Origin: a virus
Lineage: Duplodnaviria; Caudoviricetes
Reading direction: 5' to 3' (one strand)
IMG/VR virus record: IMGVR_UViG_3300020045_012955
Coordinates: 1 to 41,175 of that record
DNA length: 41,175 nucleotides
Under the pieces are notes generated by a model. It ran no database searches. It saw nothing but the letters and a program-made list of their open reading frames with translations, and had not been told where the DNA came from. Both the position numbers and the translations under genes were made by a program. The number at the start of each line of letters is the position of its first letter. The stretch's first letter is position 1. This document shows, piece by piece, positions 34,560 through 41,175 of this stretch.

Positions 34560-35746
34560 GTTATAGATGGATGTACGGTGGCGCTCTCATTGGTAAAGAA
34601 GAGAAGGCAGCCATAATGAAGTTTGTTGATAAGAATTGGTGGCCTTTCGCAGAAGAAGGAGCAAAGTTTGAAGAAGAAGCAGCTAAATATCTAGGAACAA
34701 AATATGCAATCGCAGCAAACTCAGGATCGTCAGCAGGATTACTCGCCCTCGCCGCTCTTGAACTTCCGAGAGGACATGAGGTCATTATACCCGCTACGAC
34801 ATTTCCTACTATTTTTAATATTATTGTTCAGCTCGGGCTTGTCCCTGTTGTGGTGGATTCTAAGGTAGGAACCTATAACCTAGACCCGGATGAGATAGAA
34901 AGCGCTCTTTCACCAAAGACAAAGGCAATCATCTGTGTGCACGCAGTCGGCAACCCCTGTGATATGCCGAAGATTATGAAGATAGCTAAGAAACATAACT
35001 TGTATGTCATTGAAGATAATTGTGATGGGTGGGGAGGAACAATACACGGAAGAAGAGTTGGCAGTTTTGGACATCTCTCGTTTACGTCCTTCCACGCAGC
35101 CCATATTGTTGCAATGGGTCAAGGCGGTGGTGTCTTCACGAACGATAAAGAAATTGCCAGTAAGGTGCGCATGTACCGAGATTGGGGAAGGCAAAAGGAC
35201 ACCTCAAGCCGTACGAATCACAAGTGGCCAACCCTTCCAACTGACTACGACTCCCGATTCATCTATGAAAAGATGGGCTGGAACCTTTCGCCCTTGGAGT
35301 TACAAGCTGCAATGGGACGAGTCCAACTGAAGAAGACTGAGAACATCAAGAAGCGTCGCAGAGCGAACTACGAATACCTGTACAAACACCTCTCGCAGTT
35401 CAATGACCTCATCATGCCAACACCGATGAAAGGCGCTGACCCGTCATGGTTCTCTTTCCCGCTTACCTGTCTAGGTCCCCGAGGTCCACTCGTAGCACAC
35501 CTCGAAGCATGTGGCATTGAAACAAGGTCGATGTTTGCAGGGAACATTCTGAAGCACCCAGGCTATCTGAAAGTGAAGCACCGAAAGGGAACGAGCCTCA
35601 TGGAGGCTGACTTCATCCTTCATCAGAGCTTTTGGATACCATGTCACCCCCGCTACAAGCCGAGTGACCTTAAGGGAATTATTGACGCATTCAAAGAATA
35701 CTATGCTACGGCTTCCACAGGTGACTCTCATCGCATTGACGAATAA
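34556..35746 (+). CDS. DegT-family PLP/PMP enzyme, RfbH/DdhC-like NDP-4-keto-6-deoxyhexose 3-dehydrase
   Basis: NSGSSA, TFPT, IEDNCD, SFHAAHIVAMGQGG (His in place of the Schiff-base Lys), RDWGR, ETRSMFAGN. Confidence 0.82.
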   Translation: MSYRWMYGGALIGKEEKAAIMKFVDKNWWPFAEEGAKFEEEAAKYLGTKYAIAANSGSSAGLLALAALELPRGHEVIIPATTFPTIFNIIVQLGLVPVVVDSKVGTYNLDPDEIESALSPKTKAIICVHAVGNPCDMPKIMKIAKKHNLYVIEDNCDGWGGTIHGRRVGSFGHLSFTSFHAAHIVAMGQGGGVFTNDKEIASKVRMYRDWGRQKDTSSRTNHKWPTLPTDYDSRFIYEKMGWNLSPLELQAAMGRVQLKKTENIKKRRRANYEYLYKHLSQFNDLIMPTPMKGADPSWFSFPLTCLGPRGPLVAHLEACGIETRSMFAGNILKHPGYLKVKHRKGTSLMEADFILHQSFWIPCHPRYKPSDLKGIIDAFKEYYATASTGDSHRIDE

Positions 35747-36293
35747 GGACTTTGAAGGACATCAGCGAGCACTTAAGAAATCATGTGAAGGCATTGAATG
35801 GGGAGCAACAAAACTAATCTGGGATGAAGGAATCAAATCAATCGATGACTGGAATTACAAGATAATCTATGAACTCCACAACTATGTTCAAACAGATTAC
35901 GCGTTTCTATTCCACGCTGACGGATTCGTATGTGACCCCCTACAGTGGCGTGAGGATTTTCTACGATACGATTTCATTGGCGCTCCGTGGCCTCTACCGC
36001 GCGATAACTACTCGTACCGAACGCCCGAAGGCGAGCTTATTCGAGTCGGAAACTCAGTGGGAATCCGCAGTAGACGCCTCCTTCAGCTACCCTCATTTCT
36101 CAAGATACCGTGGAAAAGCTACTATGGGAACACAAACGAAGACGGATTTCTCTGTGTCCACAATAGGAAGCTCCTCGAAAGCCACGGGTGCACATTTGCA
36201 CCTATCCAAGTCGCCAAGCACTTCAGCAAAGAACATGAAATCGAAGAGAACCAAGGCATCAAAACCTTTGCGTTCCACCAAGTAGATACATGA
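35703..36293 (+). CDS. DUF5672-like putative glycosyltransferase
   Basis: HADG, YDFIGAPW, VGNSVGIRSR, NEDGF, FAFH. Confidence 0.7.
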   Translation: MLRLPQVTLIALTNKDFEGHQRALKKSCEGIEWGATKLIWDEGIKSIDDWNYKIIYELHNYVQTDYAFLFHADGFVCDPLQWREDFLRYDFIGAPWPLPRDNYSYRTPEGELIRVGNSVGIRSRRLLQLPSFLKIPWKSYYGNTNEDGFLCVHNRKLLESHGCTFAPIQVAKHFSKEHEIEENQGIKTFAFHQVDT

Positions 36294-37006
36294 GTACACT
36301 AATCACAGGACATCGAGGCTTTATAGGACGTAAGCTCGCAAAGGAGTTACGTGGGGCTAAAGGTATTGATGTACGATCTGGGGATAACCTCCTCACCTGT
36401 CAGTTACCCAAAGGAATCGATACCATCTTCCACCTTGCAGCGCAGTCAGACGTAGCCGCCTCATGGCGTGACCCACTCCATGACCTCGACAATATCCGCA
36501 TCACCGCACGATTGGTACACGCCTACCCTGATGTGAAGATTATCTATGCCAATTCCTGTGCCTCAATGGATAAGAAATCACCGTACGGTTTCTCTAAATG
36601 GGCATCAGCGGAGTATCTGAAGAGCTTCCACACCAACTATGTGGATTGTGTATTCCCCAACATCTTTGGTGAAGGTTCTCGCAGTGTTGTAGATATATTC
36701 AAAGGGAAAGAGAAGGTGACGATATACGGCAATGGACAGCAGACGCGAGACTACGTGCATGTCGATGACATTGTTCGTGGACTCTTGATGGCAGTGAACT
36801 GGAAACCAGGAACGTACTACATGGGAAGTGGGAAGAGCACCACGGTACTCGAACTGGCGAAGGGAAAAGAGATTGTGTTTGCACCGCACAGACGTGAAGC
36901 ATTTGACGTGAGAGTCCCGAACACCACACCACACGGGACTTGGAAGCCAATGATTGAGGTGTTAGAGTATTTGAATGAGAGACCAGAGAGGAGAGAAAAA
37001 TTGTAA
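36290..37006 (+). CDS. Compact NAD-dependent epimerase/reductase (extended SDR)
   Basis: TGHRGFIG, HLAAQ, SPYGFSK, GQQTRDYVHVDD. Confidence 0.85.
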   Translation: MSTLITGHRGFIGRKLAKELRGAKGIDVRSGDNLLTCQLPKGIDTIFHLAAQSDVAASWRDPLHDLDNIRITARLVHAYPDVKIIYANSCASMDKKSPYGFSKWASAEYLKSFHTNYVDCVFPNIFGEGSRSVVDIFKGKEKVTIYGNGQQTRDYVHVDDIVRGLLMAVNWKPGTYYMGSGKSTTVLELAKGKEIVFAPHRREAFDVRVPNTTPHGTWKPMIEVLEYLNERPERREKL

Positions 37007-37376
37007 TTGGAAGCCGGATTCAACGAATTATTCGACTATTCATAAATGGATTGTAAGAGAGTTTGGCAAAGCAACAGAATGTAAATTCTGTGATAATAAA
37101 ATGGCAAAGAGATACGAATGGGCTTTGAGGAAGGGACGCGAATACAAGCGCGATGTTAATGATTTTATTCAGCTGTGTACTTCGTGTCACCATAAGTACG
37201 ATGGACATGTCAAAAACCTGCCTCGTCCTAAATTGACTGCCGAAATTGTGAGAGAGATAAGGAAGGAATTTACTGACAGACGTGGTGAATTGACGAGGCT
37301 TGGCAAAAAATATGGAGTTACTTACTCAAATATAAGAATGATAGTAGACAGGAAGCGGTGGTCTAATCTATGTTAG
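36975..37376 (+). CDS. HNH-like endonuclease with a C-terminal HTH
   Basis: YSTIHKWI, CKFC, LCTSCHHKYD, KLTAEIVREIR...LGKKYGV. Confidence 0.7.
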   Translation: MRDQRGEKNCNWKPDSTNYSTIHKWIVREFGKATECKFCDNKMAKRYEWALRKGREYKRDVNDFIQLCTSCHHKYDGHVKNLPRPKLTAEIVREIRKEFTDRRGELTRLGKKYGVTYSNIRMIVDRKRWSNLC

Positions 37377-38119
37377 CGTGCATCTTTCATAAAGGTAGTG
37401 GCCTTGGAGACCAGCTCCACCGCTATATCACCGTAAAGACTCTCGCACAGAGTAAGGGACGGGACTTTGGTGTAGTTTCCCCGGGAAACTTCAAGGGAGC
37501 CTCGTTCATGAATCTTGATATGGGGGCAACCCCACCTGAGGGGATGACCCAGTGGATGGAGAAGGACGTACGCGACGCAGAAGGCGATGATATTCGTAGC
37601 TATGACCCTGAAATCAATTTCGTAAAGGACAACACACTGATAGATGGGTACTTCGAGGATGATAAATACTGGAGATGGAGATTGGGAGTGATAACGAACT
37701 GGCTCAAAGTAGAACCACTCGACATCTCAGATAACACCTGTGTCATTGGATTTAGAGGTGGGGAGTTCTCAACTGACCCACGCCTGTTCCTCCCTTTGGG
37801 CTATTGGAACACAGCCATAGACCTTATGAAGTCACAGAATCCCCACCTCACCTTCGAGGTGCATACCGATGATGTAGAGAGGGCAAAGGCCTTCTTTCCT
37901 GACTTCCCCTGTGTTCACGATATAGGCACGAACTGGCGCTCTATCCGCTACGCACGCTACTCAATCATTGCAAATTCAGCGTTCTACATCATGCCGCGAA
38001 TACTGGCGCACTATCACAACAATAAAGCATTTACCATTGCTCCCCGAGGGTGGGCACGAGCAAACATCGGTAAGTGGGCACGACCTGCTTGCTACTATCC
38101 TGAATTTTTATATGTGTAG
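37370..38119 (+). CDS. Second, divergent GT11-like glycosyltransferase
   Basis: GSGLGDQL, DGYFED, FRGGE, IIANSAF, IAP. Confidence 0.72.
   Translation: MLACIFHKGSGLGDQLHRYITVKTLAQSKGRDFGVVSPGNFKGASFMNLDMGATPPEGMTQWMEKDVRDAEGDDIRSYDPEINFVKDNTLIDGYFEDDKYWRWRLGVITNWLKVEPLDISDNTCVIGFRGGEFSTDPRLFLPLGYWNTAIDLMKSQNPHLTFEVHTDDVERAKAFFPDFPCVHDIGTNWRSIRYARYSIIANSAFYIMPRILAHYHNNKAFTIAPRGWARANIGKWARPACYYPEFLYV
37474..37490. repeat. 17-bp palindrome, copy 3
   Basis: Exact AGTTTCCCCGGGAAACT. Confidence 0.95.
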
Positions 38120-38312
38120 TGTCGTCATTAAAATCAAGAAAGGACAGATATGGAGAAGTAAGACATCCGGTAGGCAATACCTCGTTGTCTCACGCACAAA
38201 GACAGACAGGTGGCGTACGGTAGAATTGACCAATAAACCGGGGAGGTACTCTTCGACGCACTCGTTCCTCCCTATTGTCTTAAATAAGAAGTTTGAACTA
38301 ATGAATGCATGA
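38112..38312 (+). CDS. Small basic hypothetical protein
   Basis: IKKGQIWRSK; coupled overlaps with neighbours. Confidence 0.55.
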   Translation: MCSVVIKIKKGQIWRSKTSGRQYLVVSRTKTDRWRTVELTNKPGRYSSTHSFLPIVLNKKFELMNA

Positions 38313-38773
38313 AAAAATGTATTAAATGTAACAAGGAATTTGTTAAGCCAACGAGATATAGTTGGCGACAATGGGACGAAAAGAAATTGTGTTCAAGGCA
38401 ATGTGCTGCTATCTATTACCATGAAAATTATCGTCATTCGTCCGAGACCAGAGAGAAATTACGCTTGGTTCACTTAGGGAAACCACAGCCTTGGAAAGAA
38501 GGCAGCAAGAGCCATCTCTGGAGGGGAGGGCGCACTAAAGAGGTTATATTGCTACGAGAGTCTGCACGCTACGGAGCCTGGAGGCGAGCCGTCTACGAGA
38601 GAGATAACTGGACTTGCCAGGAGTGCAAACAACGCGGAGGTAGACTCAATGCTGACCATATTAAATCCTTTGCGAGGTTTCCTTCTCTACGATTCGAGTT
38701 AGAGAATGGGAGAACGCTCTGCGAGGATTGCCATAGGAAGACACCAACATTTGGAGGGAGATCACGAGTATGA
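38309..38773 (+). CDS. HNH endonuclease with a NUMOD3-like motif
   Basis: HSSETREKL, WRRAVYERDNWTCQEC, ADHIK, NGRTLCEDCH. Confidence 0.88.
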   Translation: MKKCIKCNKEFVKPTRYSWRQWDEKKLCSRQCAAIYYHENYRHSSETREKLRLVHLGKPQPWKEGSKSHLWRGGRTKEVILLRESARYGAWRRAVYERDNWTCQECKQRGGRLNADHIKSFARFPSLRFELENGRTLCEDCHRKTPTFGGRSRV

Positions 38774-39423
38774 ATAAAATACCTGCAATTTTAATTAACT
38801 ATTGTTCGGACCCCACGTGGTTAAAAGACTATCCACAGCTTGATGTGACGCTCTATGATCGCTCTGATGATGGAGTACCGAGAGATTTAACCGTGTATGG
38901 AAAGGTGATACGTAGCCCGAACCTTGGAGATGTGGACTTCGATAAATTAACGTGGCTCGTAGAGAACTATGACAACCTACCTGAGGTATTTGTGTGGGGC
39001 AAATCGAACCTCTTTAAGTTTGTAGACCAAGAAAGTTTTAACAAAAGTGTTCAAAAGAGTTTATTTGCCCCACTCCTTAAACTAGACCATAAAACCTACT
39101 ATGACCAATACGGAGAGGTGTGTAAGTACGTGGGGACAGAGCATGGAGCGATGTACGCAGAACGTGCAGACTCGTGGTACTTCAATGCAGGATTAGACAA
39201 TAAGGGGAACTTCAGATCATGGCACGAATGGGCGTATGCCTTCAGATTGCCCGTAGAAGCCTTTGTTCCATTCCCTCCTGGTGGAAACTACATTCTGACC
39301 AGAGAACGTGTCCTACGCCATTCTAGAGACCTCTACGATGAAATGAGAAGCACACTCAACTATGCAGCGCACCCAGTAGAGGCGCATTGCTGTGAACGCA
39401 GTTATTTCTATCTATGGCGATAG
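38770..39423 (+). CDS. DUF3431-like putative glycosyltransferase
   Basis: PNLG, ENYDNLPE, FPPGGNY, HCCERS. Confidence 0.6.
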   Translation: MNKIPAILINYCSDPTWLKDYPQLDVTLYDRSDDGVPRDLTVYGKVIRSPNLGDVDFDKLTWLVENYDNLPEVFVWGKSNLFKFVDQESFNKSVQKSLFAPLLKLDHKTYYDQYGEVCKYVGTEHGAMYAERADSWYFNAGLDNKGNFRSWHEWAYAFRLPVEAFVPFPPGGNYILTRERVLRHSRDLYDEMRSTLNYAAHPVEAHCCERSYFYLWR

Positions 39424-40196
39424 TCGATGTATTTACCTACAACGGAGAACGAGATGTATTACGCATCCACCTATCAGCTACCCCCTGGGTAGATAAGTAC
39501 ATCATTTGTGAGAGTAAGACTACCTTCACGAGGAAACCTAAGGAACTGTATTTCTTCAGAGACCAGAGATATTTCAAACAGTGGTGGCCTAAGATTGATT
39601 ACTACGTCATCAATGATAACTATTCTGATGAGGAGTTAAAATTGGCTCAACAAAGCCCTAATACAGTAGGTGCTGACCATTGGACTTGGGAGTTCTTGCA
39701 AAAGGAGAGAATAAAGAAGGGATTGGTGTCCTGCGGCGTGCAGGATGATGACCAAGTGTATATAGGGGATGTGGATGAGATACCCGAACAAGTTTCCCCG
39801 GGAAACTCACCCCTGAAGCTCAAGCTACGAGTCTATGCCTACTACCTAAACAACCGCTCAAATGAAGAGTTTTGGGGCACCTATGTAGCCCCGTATCGCT
39901 ATATAAAAGACAAGATACTGAATCACGAGCGTAGCAGGACTGATATACGCACCGAGGACTATAAAGGCTGGCACTTCACCTCAATGGGTGGCTATGATGA
40001 AGTAAAGCGTAAGCTCGAATCATCCTATACCGCAGAAAGCTATTACACCCCTGAAGTCCAAGCCCACCTCAAAGAGAGACTTGGATCGGGCACCGATTAT
40101 ATGGGTAGGAATTTCACCTTTACCCTCAATGAGGCAGAATGGCCCGATTATATTAAGAATAATCGAGCCAAGTACCGCCATTTACTCCGAGATTAA
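39414..40196 (+). CDS. GT17 (beta-1,4-GlcNAc transferase III-like)
   Basis: ESKTTFT.KPK, GDVDEIP, GWHFTSMGG, KLES. Confidence 0.82.
   Translation: MAIVDVFTYNGERDVLRIHLSATPWVDKYIICESKTTFTRKPKELYFFRDQRYFKQWWPKIDYYVINDNYSDEELKLAQQSPNTVGADHWTWEFLQKERIKKGLVSCGVQDDDQVYIGDVDEIPEQVSPGNSPLKLKLRVYAYYLNNRSNEEFWGTYVAPYRYIKDKILNHERSRTDIRTEDYKGWHFTSMGGYDEVKRKLESSYTAESYYTPEVQAHLKERLGSGTDYMGRNFTFTLNEAEWPDYIKNNRAKYRHLLRD
39791..39807. repeat. 17-bp palindrome, copy 4
   Basis: Exact AGTTTCCCCGGGAAACT. Confidence 0.95.
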
Positions 40197-40248
40197 CCTC
40201 CGATTATATTGGTATTTCAATCCCTATCGCTCAAACGTGTGTCGGATG

Positions 40249-40407
40249 TCATTTCGTATCGAGCGTAGCCTCACCGGATTTCGCTTCGATTATATTATGA
40301 TTCTTCCGTGGCCTTCCGCCTTTCTTCCCATTCTCACGGCTCGATGCAGCTTTGCGTTCGCTCTTAATTGAACCAAGTGCAACCGCTGCAGGATTCTTTT
40401 CAGTCAT
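40249..40407 (-). CDS. Small basic KGG/AT-hook-like protein, 52 aa
   Basis: Manual translation MTEKNPAAVALGSIKSERKAASSRENGKKGGRPRK...TK*. Confidence 0.65.
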   Translation of the reverse strand: MTEKNPAAVALGSIKSERKAASSRENGKKGGRPRKNHNIIEAKSGEATLDTK

Positions 40408-40417
40408 AGTGTCATTG

Positions 40418-40720
40418 TTATTTCGTAATTTTGTGTGGGCATATACCCTTGTTGTTGCGTCTTCCGATATTGCAGTTAAAACAGAGTATTTGTATTCCCG
40501 TCGGGTACTGTAGCCTTATCAAGGTTTCGTAAAGGGCGTATCCCTTGTATCTTGTGTTTGCTGTCCCGTGTTCTTTCCCGTTGTTTTCAATGTGGTCAAC
40601 CGTAAGAAGTTTTACGGTGCTCTCACCGCAACAAGCACAAGATTGTCCGTAATGAGCGAGTATTTTGTGCAAATACTCAATAGCCTCGAGGCGTTGAGCC
40701 TCTTTTTCTTTTTTAGTCAT
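40418..40720 (-). CDS. HNH-like zinc endonuclease, 100 aa
   Basis: YG..CACCGE, LTVDHIENNG, QILCFNCN, CPH. Confidence 0.8.
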   Translation of the reverse strand: MTKKEKEAQRLEAIEYLHKILAHYGQSCACCGESTVKLLTVDHIENNGKEHGTANTRYKGYALYETLIRLQYPTGIQILCFNCNIGRRNNKGICPHKITK

Positions 40721-40807
40721 AATCCTATTTAATTGTAAATGAGCAGCAACACTAGCAAGTGCTGGCAGTACTTTCTAACGTACCGCATAGAAGGCTCAAA
40801 AAGCCCT

Positions 40808-40942
40808 CTAGCGAGACACAAGATCCTCAACACAAACCTTGCCGTTCCAAGTCATCGCACCTCCCAAAGTGCAACCTGTCTCTAACCAAAACATATAACC
40901 TAACCCTAGTAAAAAGAGAACAACAAACGTTATTAATCTCAT
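40808..40942 (-). CDS. Small single-TM protein, 44 aa
   Basis: MRLITFVVLFLLGLGYMFW...; ATG 8 nt after the -10 box. Confidence 0.55.
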   Translation of the reverse strand: MRLITFVVLFLLGLGYMFWLETGCTLGGAMTWNGKVCVEDLVSR

Positions 40943-40950
40943 ATACAAAT

Positions 40951-41035
40951 AGTATATACCAAGCGTTAGGATAGTCAAGCAATCATGTGTGGATAACCTA
41001 ACTGTATTGACTAAAACCACACCACACATAACAAT
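40951..41035. promoter_or_regulatory. Divergent promoter pair flanking a DnaA box
   Basis: Minus: TTGACT(40973-40978)-N16-TATACT(40951-40956). Box TGTGGATAA at 40988-40996. Plus: TTGACT(41007-41012)-N17-AACAAT-N7-ATG(41043). Confidence 0.6.
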
Positions 41036-41042
41036 GAACAAT

Positions 41043-41162
41043 ATGGCAACACTCCTACAGAAAAAACTGGCTCGAAAACGGCTTAAAGTCTGGCTTATTG
41101 CGTCACGTACTTCATCAACAGAAGCGCTTACGTTGAGATTAACTGCCTTCTCTGCTGCATAA
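41043..41162 (+). CDS. Probable terminase small subunit N-terminus, apparently disrupted after about 11 codons
   Basis: MATLLQKKLAR start at the position expected upstream of terL on a circular map; the rest reads as protein-like only on the minus strand. Confidence 0.35.
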   Translation: MATLLQKKLARKRLKVWLIASRTSSTEALTLRLTAFSAA

Positions 41163-41175
41163 GTACCAAAGACTT

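Noticed and set aside
36975-38773. Group I introns around the HNH genes
   Set aside because: Flanking genes look complete and overlap the HNH ORFs directly, leaving no room for intron core sequence.
26088-39807. The 17-bp repeats as a CRISPR array, MITE or att sites
   Set aside because: Copies are kilobases apart and in-frame, with no spacers, target duplications, cas, transposase or integrase.
29179-40196. Glycan cluster as a DNA hypermodification system or host O-antigen locus
   Set aside because: No hydroxymethylase, TET/JBP or DNA polymerase, and no wzx/wzy. The cluster shares the phage's palindrome and promoter style and is interleaved with phage HNH genes.
1-41175. Alternative genetic code or diversity-generating retroelement
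   Set aside because: Genes are intact in code 11 and end in TAA, TAG or TGA; no reverse transcriptase or template/variable repeat pair was seen.

Overview
This window is a near-complete, circularly permuted tailed-phage genome. It starts inside the large terminase gene and ends at what looks like the start of a small terminase gene. Morphology is probably podovirus-like: there is a portal, an N4-gp56-like capsid, an adaptor, a tail-stabilisation protein and ejection proteins, but no tape measure or sheath. Order: packaging/head/tail (1-19.5 kb), lysis (19.5-21.2 kb), a leftward early block (21.2-25.9 kb), divergent promoters at 25.86-25.95 kb, HTH-RecA-replication initiator-NinG (26-29.1 kb), an 11 kb glycan-synthesis cluster (29.2-40.2 kb) and small leftward genes. 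No integrase, CI-type repressor, tRNA or CRISPR array was found. Genes mostly lack Shine-Dalgarno motifs and several look leaderless, so a Patescibacteria/CPR-type host is plausible (inference only). Strongest signals: (1) an identical 17-bp palindrome AGTTTCCC-C-GGGAAACT inside four unrelated coding sequences, one of them an HTH gene that could encode its binding protein; (2) a glycan cluster with an ABO-like GT6, two GT11s, GT17, GT2s and a 3,6-dideoxysugar pathway, plus a GT among the virion genes; (3) DnaA boxes at fixed spacing from promoters; (4) a uORF/pseudoknot attenuator ahead of the initiator; (5) a secreted CHAP gene with no canonical start codon. All calls are by-eye motif recognition; no database searches were run.
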